Below, one piece after another: positions 30,604-40,287 of a stretch of 64,000 bases of DNA. The position numbers were made by a program, and so were the translations under genes. Under the pieces are notes generated by a model. It had not been told where the DNA came from and searched no databases. It saw only the letters and a list, made by a program, of their open reading frames with translations. The stretch covers positions 114,781 through 178,780 of the forward strand of contig CBFHKU010000001.1 in NCBI GenBank assembly GCA_965656495.1, given 5' to 3'. Numbering within the stretch: the first letter of the stretch is position 1; every line of letters starts with the position of its first letter. The stretch is from Coraliomargaritaceae bacterium (GTDB lineage: Bacteria; Verrucomicrobiota; Verrucomicrobiia; Opitutales; Coraliomargaritaceae).

Positions 30604-32259
30604 ATGAAAAACAATGGGCAGGGTGGGGCGCGCAGACTCCGGCAGGGTGTGGTTTTGGGAATCCTCTTGCTGAGTTTTTTGTTGGGTGGCTTTGGCGGGG
30701 GTGCCTGGTTGGCGCTTTGGCCGAGTGTGGTGGCGCTGGGAACGGTTTTGTTGCTGCGGAGTGCCTTGCTGGGATTGCTGGTGGGCGCGGTGAGCGGCGC
30801 GATTCTGCTGGCGAGGGGCGATCCTTTGGCGGCGCTGGGGCATTTGTGGAGTCTGCAATTTTTGCCGATATTCGGGTCTTCCTGGAAGGTAAGTGCGCTG
30901 GTCTTTACCCTGATCTTGGGAGGATTTGTGGCGTTGGTGGAGGCGGGCGGTGGCTTGCAGGCATTGGTGCGGGGCTTGCTGGGTTCGGGGCAAGCCTGCG
31001 CGCGACGGATGCAGTCCACGGTCTTTGGTCTGGGCTTGTTGGTTTTTTTTGATGGTCTCGCCAACACAATGCTGGTGGGGCGTCTCTTGCGCAGTGCCGC
31101 CGATCGTGCGGGGGTCGCGCGCGTGAAGCTCGCTTATCTCGCGGATGTCACCGGTTCGGCGGTGGCGTGCCTCGCGTTCATCTCGACTTGGATTGCCTTT
31201 CAATTGGCGATGATACGGGAGGGGTATGCGGCCTTGGGTTTGGAGGTGAATGCCTACGCGCTCTTCTTCAAGTCTTTGCCGATGAATTTTTACTGCTGGT
31301 TTGCGCTGGTCTTGGCCTTGGTTTCGGTCTTCCGGGGTTTTAATCCCGGGTCGATGGGCCGGGCTGAACGGGCGGCGCGCCGGGACGTAAACCGGCTTGT
31401 GGGAGAAGCGCAGCCTTCGTCGGGAACCAAGGGGGCGTGGTTGGGCGCGATCGTGCCAATCGGGGTGCTGGCTTTTTCGGTGCCGGTTTTGACCTACTGG
31501 ATGGGTGCTGAATCGCTCTGGCCTATCAGTCTCTCAAAGTTTGCAACTGCCTACGCCGTTGCGGAGCAACACGTCCCTGTGATTCTCGTGGCATCCAGCG
31601 TGCTGGCTTCCCTTGTGGCAGCAGCGTTCCTTTTCATAGGCAAAACCGGGGCGGCGGTGAAGCAAGCGGCAGTGGGTCGGGTTTTTCTGGGCGGGGTGCG
31701 TGATTTGCTGGGGCCGCTCGCCATTCTGCTGGCGGCGTGGATGTTGGGCGCGGTGATAACAGAGCTCGGAGCCTCCGCCGTTCTTTCGAGTCTGCTCGGG
31801 GAACGTTTGCCCCTTGCGTGGATGCCCGCGCTCATCTTTTTGGCGGGTGCCCTGATTTCCTTTTCGACCGGAACTTCATGGGGAACGATGGCGGTGCTCA
31901 TGCCGCTTTCGATTCCGCTGGTTTTTGGCATGGCGGGGGAGTTGCCGGATTTGGAACGCGAGCATTATATCGTGGCGGCGATTGGGGCGGTTTTCAGCGG
32001 GGCGGTTTTTGGCGATCATTGCAGTCCGTTCAGTGATACCACCATCGTGGCTTCGATCGCGGCAGGGGTGGAGCCCCTCGATCATTTCCGCACACAATTA
32101 CCCTTTGCGGGGATTGCCGGTCTGGTGGCGTTGCTGTGCGGTTTCCTTCCCCTGGGATATGGGCTTGCGCCTTTGTTATGTTTGTTGAGCGGCTTGGCTT
32201 GCCTTCTGCTCCTGCCGCTTCTTTATCCGAGGGCGTATGTTGATTCCACTGGAAGATAA
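30604..32259 (+). CDS. Na+/H+ antiporter NhaC-family transporter
   Basis: Polytopic; FFDGLAN, KLAYLADVT, FSTGTSWGTM, GAVFGDHCSPFSDTTI. Confidence 0.85.
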   Translation: MKNNGQGGARRLRQGVVLGILLLSFLLGGFGGGAWLALWPSVVALGTVLLLRSALLGLLVGAVSGAILLARGDPLAALGHLWSLQFLPIFGSSWKVSALVFTLILGGFVALVEAGGGLQALVRGLLGSGQACARRMQSTVFGLGLLVFFDGLANTMLVGRLLRSAADRAGVARVKLAYLADVTGSAVACLAFISTWIAFQLAMIREGYAALGLEVNAYALFFKSLPMNFYCWFALVLALVSVFRGFNPGSMGRAERAARRDVNRLVGEAQPSSGTKGAWLGAIVPIGVLAFSVPVLTYWMGAESLWPISLSKFATAYAVAEQHVPVILVASSVLASLVAAAFLFIGKTGAAVKQAAVGRVFLGGVRDLLGPLAILLAAWMLGAVITELGASAVLSSLLGERLPLAWMPALIFLAGALISFSTGTSWGTMAVLMPLSIPLVFGMAGELPDLEREHYIVAAIGAVFSGAVFGDHCSPFSDTTIVASIAAGVEPLDHFRTQLPFAGIAGLVALLCGFLPLGYGLAPLLCLLSGLACLLLLPLLYPRAYVDSTGR

Positions 32260-33076
32260 TTTTGAAGACGTCCTGATGAAGGCGGCCACGGGTTTGGGGC
32301 TGGGTAAATCCAAGTTGGCGGAGGCCGCTGGTTTACCGGTGGCGGAAGTGACTGCGCTTTTGCGGGGACGATTGGAACCGGAGGCACTCCGCAAGCTTGC
32401 GACGGTCCTTCAACTCGATGGCCCCGCTCTCGAAGCCTTGGCACGCGGGGAGTCCGCACCCGCTCCCATTCAGGCAACAGGCTTACAGCAATTCAACTCC
32501 GCCTTTCCAATACCGGGCTATGCGGCAATGACCGTTAACAGTTACCTGGTTGAATGTCCGCAGACTGCGGTGGCGGTGGCGTTCGATACCGGGACGGAGG
32601 GCAAAGCACTGGTGGAATACGTGCAGGGGCACGGTCTCGACCTACAGGCGATCTTTCTCACGCACACCCACCGCGACCATGTGGCGGCGGTGCCGGCTTT
32701 GCGTGCCGCTTTTCCGGAGGCGACCCTCCACGGTCCGCGCAGTGAACCCTTCGCGGGGGCTTTCGGAGTGGGCGAGGGCGACTGCTTTGAATACGGCAGT
32801 TTGAAAATTGAGGCACGTTTGACCAACGGACACTCCAAAGGCGGTACCAGTTACCGTGTCAGCGGGCTGACGGATCCGCTCGCGATGGTCGGGGATGCCC
32901 TTTTCGCGGGCTCGCAGGGTGGGGTTCCCGAGGCGCAGTATGCCCACGCGCTCGAAATCAATCGTGCCCAATTGTTGAATCTGCCGCCTGAAACGATCCT
33001 CTGTCCCGGGCATGGGCCCCTCACCACCGTGGCACATGAACGGCGTTGGAATCCCTTTTACGCCGCTTCTGGTTAA
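32237..33076 (+). CDS. Metallo-beta-lactamase-fold hydrolase with N-terminal HTH-like extension
   Basis: THTHRDH, GHS, GDALFAGS, CPGHG motifs. Confidence 0.85.
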   Translation: MLIPLEDNFEDVLMKAATGLGLGKSKLAEAAGLPVAEVTALLRGRLEPEALRKLATVLQLDGPALEALARGESAPAPIQATGLQQFNSAFPIPGYAAMTVNSYLVECPQTAVAVAFDTGTEGKALVEYVQGHGLDLQAIFLTHTHRDHVAAVPALRAAFPEATLHGPRSEPFAGAFGVGEGDCFEYGSLKIEARLTNGHSKGGTSYRVSGLTDPLAMVGDALFAGSQGGVPEAQYAHALEINRAQLLNLPPETILCPGHGPLTTVAHERRWNPFYAASG

Positions 33077-33078
33077 AC

Positions 33079-33106
33079 ATATCAAAATATCCTGATATAT
33101 TGATGT
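33079..33106. promoter_or_regulatory. Palindromic operator(s) upstream of metK, SahR-box-like
   Basis: ATATCA-AAATATCC-TGATAT (33079-33098) and an overlapping ATATCCTGATATATTGATGT (33087-33106), just before TTGCCA at 33112. Confidence 0.55.
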
Positions 33107-33150
33107 AAGGCTTGCCATTCGGGGAACGATGCTTTGTTCTAAGCATCCCT

Positions 33151-34314
33151 ATGAGCAAAAACTTCATCTTTTCCTCCGAGTCGGTCGGCGAAGGCCATCC
33201 CGACAAAGTAGCTGATTTTATCTCGGACAGCGTTCTGGATGCTTGCCTGGAGCAGGATCCCGCAAGCCGCGTTGCCTGCGAAACCCTGGTCAAGAGCAAC
33301 TGCGTTTTCCTCGCCGGTGAAATCACCACCAACGCGAAGCTCAACTACGAGGCCATCGTGCGCGACGCGATTCGTGAGATCGGTTACGTGAACGACGACG
33401 ATGTCTTTCACGCCGACAAGGTCTTCGTTTCCAATATTTTGACCGCGCAATCCTCCGATATCGCTCAGGGTGTTGATGCCGCTGGAGCGGAGGGCAAGAA
33501 AACCGAGGAACAGGGTGCGGGCGACCAGGGCATCATGTTTGGTTATGCCTGTAAACAAACCCCGGAACTCATGCCCGCTCCGGTCATGTTCGCGCACCGT
33601 CTCCTCCGTGAAATGGCACGCCAACGCAAAGAGCTTGGAGTTTCCTGGTTGCGCCCCGATGTGAAGAGTCAGGTCGCCCTTGAATACGTCGACGGCCAGC
33701 CCGTTGCGATCAAGAACGTTGTTATCTCCACTCAGCACGCCGCCGACATTGCTCACAAGGAGATCGAAGCATTCTGCATCGAGGAAGTCATCCGCAAGAC
33801 CCTCCCCGCCGAGCTCTTGAAGGACGATACCGAATATTTGATCAACCCCACCGGTAAATTCGTAATCGGCGGCCCCCAAGGCGACGCCGGTTTGACCGGT
33901 CGCAAAATCATCGTGGACACCTATGGCGGTTATGCCCGTCACGGGGGCGGTGCCTTCTCCGGTAAAGACCCCTCCAAGGTCGACCGTTCCGCCGCATACT
34001 TCACCCGTTGGGTCGCGAAAAACATCGTCGCCGCCGGTCTCGCGGAGGCCTGTGAACTCGAAGTCGCCTACGCGATTGGACACCCTTATCCCACCAGCAT
34101 TCACGTCGATACCTTCGGCACCGGCGTCGCTCCCGATGCTGCTATTTCAGAAGCCGCACAGAAGGTCTTCAGCTTCAAACCCGCTGACATCGTCAGCCAG
34201 TTGGACCTTCTTCGTCCGATCTACCGCGAGTCCACCCACTACGGTCACTTCGCCAAGGAGAACCTTCCCTGGGAATCGACCGCCAAGGCCGAAGAACTGA
34301 AAGCCGCACTATAG
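33151..34314 (+). CDS. metK: S-adenosylmethionine synthase
   Basis: [40 protein letters not shown]. Confidence 0.98.
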   Translation: MSKNFIFSSESVGEGHPDKVADFISDSVLDACLEQDPASRVACETLVKSNCVFLAGEITTNAKLNYEAIVRDAIREIGYVNDDDVFHADKVFVSNILTAQSSDIAQGVDAAGAEGKKTEEQGAGDQGIMFGYACKQTPELMPAPVMFAHRLLREMARQRKELGVSWLRPDVKSQVALEYVDGQPVAIKNVVISTQHAADIAHKEIEAFCIEEVIRKTLPAELLKDDTEYLINPTGKFVIGGPQGDAGLTGRKIIVDTYGGYARHGGGAFSGKDPSKVDRSAAYFTRWVAKNIVAAGLAEACELEVAYAIGHPYPTSIHVDTFGTGVAPDAAISEAAQKVFSFKPADIVSQLDLLRPIYRESTHYGHFAKENLPWESTAKAEELKAAL

Positions 34315-34355
34315 GAGTTGTTCCGCCCGCGAAGCAACGCGAATGAAACCCAAAG

Positions 34356-34760
34356 ATGACCATGAGCAGCAATGAAGATCTTATCTACAAAGATGAGTGT
34401 TTTGCGATCATTGGTTGCTGTATGCGAGTGCACTCAGACAAGGGAAATGGTTTCCTTGAAGCAGTTTATCAGGAATGCCTCGAGATCGATTTTCAATTGG
34501 AAAAAATTGCATACACCGCTCAAGCCCCTCTTGAGCTGGAATATCGGGGTCACAAACTTCAACAACGCTACAAGCCGGACTTTCTCCTTTTTGATCAAAT
34601 CATTCTCGAAATTAAAACCGCCAAAACGCTCACTGATGAGCATCGCTCTCAAGTTCTCAACTACTTAGCCGCCACCGGTTACTCTCTTGGACTACTCGTG
34701 AACTTTGGTTCCCCGGGTCGCCTTGAATGGGAGCGCATTGTCAAAACAAAGAATCCTTAG
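34356..34760 (+). CDS. GxxExxY protein (PD-(D/E)XK nuclease-like family)
   Basis: GNGFLEAVYQECL, PDF...ILEIK, QVLNYL, GLLVNFG. Confidence 0.92.
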   Translation: MTMSSNEDLIYKDECFAIIGCCMRVHSDKGNGFLEAVYQECLEIDFQLEKIAYTAQAPLELEYRGHKLQQRYKPDFLLFDQIILEIKTAKTLTDEHRSQVLNYLAATGYSLGLLVNFGSPGRLEWERIVKTKNP

Positions 34761-34810
34761 CATAACCTTAGCGCCCCTTAGCGGGCAAAATTAATCACAA
34801 AACAACAGCC

Positions 34811-36256
34811 ATGAGCACCGACACCCTCACCACCACCACGACCGATTATAAGGTCAAAGACATCAACCTCGCGGACTTTGGTCGCAAGGAAATTGAGATC
34901 GCGCAGCACGAGATGCCCGGTCTCATGGCAACCCGCGAGAAATACGCCAAGGAGCAACCGCTCAAAGGCGTCCGTGTGATGGGTTCGCTGCACATGACGA
35001 TTCAAACCGCAGTGCTCATCGAGACCCTACAGGCGCTGGGCGCGGATGTGCGCTGGTGTTCCTGTAACATCTTTTCCACGCAGGATCACGCCGCGGCCTA
35101 TGTCGCCAAAAACCTCGGCGTGCCGGTCTTTGCGTGGAAGGGCGAAACCCTTGAGGAATATTGGTGGTGCACCGATCAAGCCCTCACCTGGCCCGACGGT
35201 TCCGGACCGCAACTCATCGTGGACGATGGCGGCGACGCCACCCTTCTTATCCACAAGGGTTACGAGCTTGAAGAGGGCAGTGACTGGGTCGAGTCCGATT
35301 CCGGCAGCATGGAAGAGGCGGTCATTAAAAACCTCCTCAAAAAAGTACATGCCGAGAAACCAAACCGCTGGCACGAAGTGCTGGAGGATTGGAAAGGTGT
35401 TTCCGAAGAAACCACTACCGGTGTGCACCGTCTCTACGAAATGCACAACGCCGGCAAACTCCTCGTTCCCGCCATCAACGTGAACGATTCCGTTACCAAG
35501 GCGAAATTCGACAACCTCTACGGTTGCCGCGAGTCCCTCCTCGACGGGATCAAACGCGCCACCGATGTCATGATTGCCGGTAAAGTCGGCGTGGTCTGCG
35601 GTTACGGCGATGTCGGTAAAGGTTGCGCCGCCGCGCTCAAGGGTATGGGCGCTCAGGTTGTGGTGACTGAAATCGACCCGATTTGCGCGTTGCAGGCCGC
35701 GATGGAAGGTTACCGCGTCCTCACCGTCGAAGACACCCTCGGTTGGGGCGATATCTATGTGACCACCACCGGTAACTACGGCATCATTACCGCTGACCAT
35801 ATGTCCAAAATGAAGGACCAGGCCATCGTCTGTAACATCGGTCACTTCGATAACGAAATCGAAGTCGATAAACTCAACGACTCCCCCGGAGTGGAAGTTG
35901 AGGAAATCAAACCCGACCACGAAGGTGCGGTTGATAAATACACTTTCTCGGATGGTCGCAGTATTTACCTCCTTGCGAAGGGTCGCCTTGTGAACCTCGG
36001 TTGTGCCACCGGTCACCCCTCCTTTGTCATGTCCAACAGCTTCACCAATCAGGCGCTCGCCCAGATTGAGCTTTGGAAACAGGTCGAGAAATACACCCCC
36101 GGGGTCTATATCCTGCCCAAGCACATCGACGAAGAAGTAGCGCGCCTCCACCTGGAAAAGATCGGTTGCAAGCTCACCCAGCTTAGCCCCGACCAAGCCG
36201 AATACATCGGCGTGAAACCAGAAGGCCCCTACAAGTCGGACCACTACCGCTACTAG
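34811..36256 (+). CDS. ahcY: Adenosylhomocysteinase
   Basis: [57 protein letters not shown]. Confidence 0.98.
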   Translation: MSTDTLTTTTTDYKVKDINLADFGRKEIEIAQHEMPGLMATREKYAKEQPLKGVRVMGSLHMTIQTAVLIETLQALGADVRWCSCNIFSTQDHAAAYVAKNLGVPVFAWKGETLEEYWWCTDQALTWPDGSGPQLIVDDGGDATLLIHKGYELEEGSDWVESDSGSMEEAVIKNLLKKVHAEKPNRWHEVLEDWKGVSEETTTGVHRLYEMHNAGKLLVPAINVNDSVTKAKFDNLYGCRESLLDGIKRATDVMIAGKVGVVCGYGDVGKGCAAALKGMGAQVVVTEIDPICALQAAMEGYRVLTVEDTLGWGDIYVTTTGNYGIITADHMSKMKDQAIVCNIGHFDNEIEVDKLNDSPGVEVEEIKPDHEGAVDKYTFSDGRSIYLLAKGRLVNLGCATGHPSFVMSNSFTNQALAQIELWKQVEKYTPGVYILPKHIDEEVARLHLEKIGCKLTQLSPDQAEYIGVKPEGPYKSDHYRY

Positions 36257-36260
36257 GACG

Positions 36261-36383
36261 CGCAGCGTTTCAGAGTTCCTCTGATTCTCCGCTCCTCCGC
36301 GTTAAAAATATAAACGCAGCGTTTCAGAGTTCCTCTGATTCTCCGCTCCTCCGCGTTAAAAATATAAACGCAGAGTTTCAGAG
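36261..36383. repeat. Tandem 54-bp palindromic repeat (2 exact copies plus a partial)
   Basis: CGCAGCGTTTCAGAGTTCCTCTGATTCTCCGCTCCTCCGCGTTAAAAATATAAA at 36261 and 36315; partial copy at 36369. Confidence 0.92.
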
Positions 36384-36495
36384 AAATACCCAAACAACTT
36401 TCCCACCTTCCCACTTTCATACCTTCATACTCTCAAAACGGCTTCACTGCCACACATGCTATGGCTTGGCGCGTGGGTTACTTTCCTTGCGGGAG

Positions 36496-37293
36496 CTAGC
36501 AAGCGGGTGGTTGTTCGCGGTCTTCGCGGCGGTGGAGGGTTTGGGGATGCTGGGGGATGGGTCGTTGGAAGACCGGCAGCTTTTTGCGGTAGGCGAGTTT
36601 GGCGGCTTGCCAGAGGATGCGGGGGAAACTGTTGAGGGCGGAATCGGCGGGATGCAGGAGGGCGTATTTCCAGAGGTTGGCGGGGGTAAGGGGATGGCCT
36701 TTGCCGCGCAGGGCGGTCTTGAGGATGCATTTCCCGTCGCGGTGGAGGTCGACGCGGAGGTCGAGTTGTTCGGGTTGGATGCCGAAGCTGAATTGGTAGT
36801 GTCCGTCCATGTTGTTGAAGGGGGAGACATGGAAATTTTTGGGGCATTGGCTTTGCCAGGTATGGGGCGCGGTGGGGTTTAGATCGGTGAGGGGATAAAC
36901 GTGTCGGTCGCGGAAGGTGTTGTTGACTTCGGCGACGGCGGCGCGGAGTTGGTCGCGGTGCATGCGGAAGTGGAAATTGACGGGGTTGAAGGCGATGCCG
37001 AAGTAACGGGGGGAGGTGATCAGGAGGTTGGACTCGTGGGCCTCGGCGGGCGGGAGGAGGGTGTTGAGTTGCGCGGCGATGGGTTGATCCTGTCCGTGGA
37101 GGTAATCGGAATCGCGGAGGCTGAGGGGTCGGAAGGCGTTGTGCCCAAAGAGGAGGGAATGGTTTGCAAGGGTGGGGAGTTCGGCGAGGTCGAAGGCGAA
37201 GAAGGTGGCAGGGTAGGTGAAGGTGTGGCGCCGGGGGTGGAGGCGTTCGTGGTGGACCTGACCGCGAAAGATTCTGGAGTTTAGGGTTTCCAT
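36496..37293 (-). CDS. DUF1365 family protein
   Basis: GQVHHERLHPRRHTFTY, PRYFGIAFNPVNF, AEVNNTF, KNFHVSPF. Confidence 0.9.
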   Translation of the reverse strand: METLNSRIFRGQVHHERLHPRRHTFTYPATFFAFDLAELPTLANHSLLFGHNAFRPLSLRDSDYLHGQDQPIAAQLNTLLPPAEAHESNLLITSPRYFGIAFNPVNFHFRMHRDQLRAAVAEVNNTFRDRHVYPLTDLNPTAPHTWQSQCPKNFHVSPFNNMDGHYQFSFGIQPEQLDLRVDLHRDGKCILKTALRGKGHPLTPANLWKYALLHPADSALNSFPRILWQAAKLAYRKKLPVFQRPIPQHPQTLHRREDREQPPAC

Positions 37294-38567
37294 GGGATGC
37301 CGAGTTGGCGGGCGACTGCGACGGCGGAACGGACGGCGTCTTCGTGGAAACCGTAGCCGAAGTAACTGCCGCAAAACCAGAGGCGGTCTTTGCCGTTCAT
37401 TGCGGCGAGTCCGTCTTGGGTGGCGAGGGAATCAAAATCGTAGAGGGGATGGGCGAGGGTGGTGGTGTTGATGATTTTATTGGGATCGATGGAGCGGTCT
37501 TGATTGAGGGTGACGAGGTAGGGCGTTTCGCTGGGGATGCGCTGGAGTTGATTCATGTGGTAGGTAACGGCGACGGGGCGGGCATCGGAATCCCCGTCGG
37601 AGCGCACAAAGTTCCATGCGGACCAGAGTTGTTTGTTTTGGGGGAGTTGGTTGGGGTCGGTATGGAGGGTGACGGTGTTGTCCTGATAGCGCCAGGGGGC
37701 GAGGCAGCGGGTTTCCTCGGGGGTGGGGTTTTGAAGGAGGGCGAGGGCCTGATCGGCGTGGGTGGCAATGACGGCGTGGTCAAACTCGTGCTGGGAACCG
37801 TCGGCGAGGTGGAGGGTGACGGAGTTGTGGGCATTTCGGGCGATGCGTTGAACGGGGGCGTCGGTGCGGGGCGGGAGGGGGAGGGCTTCCCGCATTCGGT
37901 CGATATAGGTGCGGGAACCGCCCGGGATGTATTTCCATTGGGGGCGGTTATGAAGGCGGAGGAGGCCGTGGTTTTCGAGGAAATGGAGGTAGGGTTGGGC
38001 GGGGAATTTGCGGAGTTGAGCGACGGGGGAGGACCAGATCGCGGCGCCCATAGGGTAGAGGTAGCGTTCGCGGAAGCTTTCGCTGAAGTTACGCTCCATA
38101 CAATATTGGTGGAGGGTTTTGCCTTCGAGGTAGCCGGATTGCAGGTCGGTGTATCCGATTTTGGCAAAGCGCCAGAGGTCGCGGAGGAGGGCGAGGTGTT
38201 TGGGTTTGGCGAGGTAGGCGGGGGATGGGAAGAGCCCGGCGAGGCCTTTGCCGCAATAACCGTAGCGGGTGGCGCGGTCGTAGTAACTGAAGGACATGGT
38301 GCTGTCGGCGAGCTCGACCTCCAGCTCGCGCAGGACTTTCGTGAACTGCGGGTAATTGCGATGATTCATCACAATATAACCGGTGTCGACGGGGGTGCCG
38401 GCGTCAGGACCGTCCGTTACCCGGAGGGTGCGGGTATGACCACCGAGGCAATCGTTTTTCTCAAAGAGTTGGACCTCGTGTTGACGGCTCAGGAGCCAGG
38501 CGGCGGTGGAACCGGCGACCCCGCTGCCGACGACCGCGATGCGTTGTCTTTCAGGGCTGGGGTTCAT
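37281..38567 (-). CDS. FAD/NAD-binding oxidoreductase (COG2907 type)
   Basis: IAVVGSGVAG, LGGHTRT, VDTGYIVMN..NYP, AAIWS, WSAWN, GYGFHEDA. Confidence 0.88.
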   Translation of the reverse strand: MNPSPERQRIAVVGSGVAGSTAAWLLSRQHEVQLFEKNDCLGGHTRTLRVTDGPDAGTPVDTGYIVMNHRNYPQFTKVLRELEVELADSTMSFSYYDRATRYGYCGKGLAGLFPSPAYLAKPKHLALLRDLWRFAKIGYTDLQSGYLEGKTLHQYCMERNFSESFRERYLYPMGAAIWSSPVAQLRKFPAQPYLHFLENHGLLRLHNRPQWKYIPGGSRTYIDRMREALPLPPRTDAPVQRIARNAHNSVTLHLADGSQHEFDHAVIATHADQALALLQNPTPEETRCLAPWRYQDNTVTLHTDPNQLPQNKQLWSAWNFVRSDGDSDARPVAVTYHMNQLQRIPSETPYLVTLNQDRSIDPNKIINTTTLAHPLYDFDSLATQDGLAAMNGKDRLWFCGSYFGYGFHEDAVRSAVAVARQLGIPWKP

Positions 38568-39592
38568 GCGTTGGGTTTGAGGGTAAAGCGGTAATGCATG
38601 ACGTTCCATTCCTCGCCGTGGTTGTAGCCGAAGAGTTCGGAACAGGCGAGGTAGAAGAGGCGCCAGCGGTGAAACCAACGGTCGGTTTCAGGGCCGTAGC
38701 AGGGGCGGAGGGTTTCCATGACGGTTTGGCGTTTGGCATCGTGCTGTGCGAGCCAGGCGTCGAGGGTTTTTTGATAGTGGCATCCGTTGACGTCCCAGCG
38801 CGCTTCTTCCTGGAATGAATGAGCGGCGGCGAGGGGGAGGAGGTCGGCGGCGGGCATGATGCCACCGGTAAAGAAGTAACGCGCCATCCAATCGTCGGGG
38901 TGCTCGGCTTCGTAAAGGAAGGCGTGGGTATGATGGGCGAAGATATGGATGAAGACCTTGGCGTCGGGCTTGAGCCAGGTAGCGATTTGGGTGAAGAGCT
39001 GACGGTGGTTGCGAACGTGCTCGAACATTTCGACCGAGACGAGGCGGTCGAAGGTTCGGGCGGGCTGGAAGTGATTGATATCGCAGGTGATGACTTCGAG
39101 GTTGTGAATGCCACGGGCGCGGGCTTGTGCTTCGATGTGTTGGCGCTGGGTTTGGGAATTGGAAACGGTGGTGATTTTAGCGCGGGGGTAGCGAGCTGCC
39201 ATGAAGAGGCTGAGGGAACCCCAACCACAGCCCAGTTCGAGGATGTCCTGCCCGTCGCGAAGTTCGGCGCGTTCGCAGGTGAGGGTGAGCATCGCGATTT
39301 CCGCTGCTTCGAGGGAATCGCATTGCTCGTCCCAGTAGGCGGAACTGTATTTGAGGTGGGGGCCGAGGGCTTCGAGGAAATAGGCGGTGGGGACTTCGTA
39401 GTGTTGTTCGTTGGCGGCGGCGGTGTCCTGCGCGAGGGGGAGCTTGGCGAGGTGCTCAATCCAGTCGGCGGAGGAACGGGGCTGCGCTTCGAGTTGGCGA
39501 AGTTTGCGGCGCAGGCGTTGGCGAATGCCATAACGGATGAGCGCGTCGGGAAGGAGGCCTTTTTCAGCGAGTAGAATACCGGGATTGGACAT
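38564..39592 (-). CDS. SAM-dependent methyltransferase, cyclopropane-fatty-acid synthase/CMAS family
   Basis: ANEQHYEVP, LKYSS, ILELGCGWGSL, VSVEMFEH, YFFTGGIMP. Confidence 0.88.
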   Translation of the reverse strand: MSNPGILLAEKGLLPDALIRYGIRQRLRRKLRQLEAQPRSSADWIEHLAKLPLAQDTAAANEQHYEVPTAYFLEALGPHLKYSSAYWDEQCDSLEAAEIAMLTLTCERAELRDGQDILELGCGWGSLSLFMAARYPRAKITTVSNSQTQRQHIEAQARARGIHNLEVITCDINHFQPARTFDRLVSVEMFEHVRNHRQLFTQIATWLKPDAKVFIHIFAHHTHAFLYEAEHPDDWMARYFFTGGIMPAADLLPLAAAHSFQEEARWDVNGCHYQKTLDAWLAQHDAKRQTVMETLRPCYGPETDRWFHRWRLFYLACSELFGYNHGEEWNVMHYRFTLKPNA

Positions 39593-39681
39593 AGTGTTCT
39601 GGGTTAAATAGCCTTGGGTTTTGAACCGCTTGGATATGGTAGTAAGGCGATACCAATTTAAACGATGATTTGTTATTGTCC

Positions 39682-40278
39682 ATGTTGAATCCACTAAACG
39701 TTTTCCTATGCCTGTTGCTTACTTTATTTTTAACAGGCTGCACCCAAGAAGAACCAATGCACACTCAAACCGTTCCTGATGCCCGTTATCGTGCCGCGCT
39801 GGCGGAGAGTGACCCCTCGCGCTATGCCTTGCCGGCGGAGGGATCTGAGGAAGAAGGGGCGATGCTTTCGGCACTGGAGGCGCTGTTTACGAATTACACC
39901 CGTGCGAATCTGGAGGCGAATGTGACGCGGGTTTATGCCGAGCAGGTCTATTTCCGGGATGCCTTCAAGCAATTGGATAGCGCGGAGGCGGTGCGGGATT
40001 ATTTGGTGCATGGACTGGAACCGGTCAATGGGGTGCGCTTCACTTTTAATCGCGTCCTGCGTAGCGGCGGGGATTTCTACGTGGATTGGACGATGGCGAT
40101 CGATTTTAAAAAGACGCCGCCCGATACCTGGGAGGAATCGATGGGGGTCTCGCATTTTCGCTTCAACAGCAGCGGTCAGGTCGTCTTTCATCAAGACTAT
40201 TGGGACCCGACCGATATTGTTTATAAACGCATCCCGCTGGTGAAACAGTTGATTGCGTATGTGAAGAAAAAGCTCTAG
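39682..40278 (+). CDS. SnoaL/NTF2-like lipoprotein
   Basis: LTGC lipobox, VYAEQVYFRDAF, VVFHQDYWD, VYKRIPLV; divergent from the methyltransferase operon. Confidence 0.75.
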   Translation: MLNPLNVFLCLLLTLFLTGCTQEEPMHTQTVPDARYRAALAESDPSRYALPAEGSEEEGAMLSALEALFTNYTRANLEANVTRVYAEQVYFRDAFKQLDSAEAVRDYLVHGLEPVNGVRFTFNRVLRSGGDFYVDWTMAIDFKKTPPDTWEESMGVSHFRFNSSGQVVFHQDYWDPTDIVYKRIPLVKQLIAYVKKKL

Positions 40279-40287
40279 CGATCGGTC

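Noticed and set aside
33077..33150. SAM/SAH riboswitch before metK
   Set aside because: The gap is only 74 nt and mostly operator and promoter; no recognisable aptamer consensus.
36261..36383. Possible mini-CRISPR
   Set aside because: The putative spacers are identical, so this is a tandem duplication.
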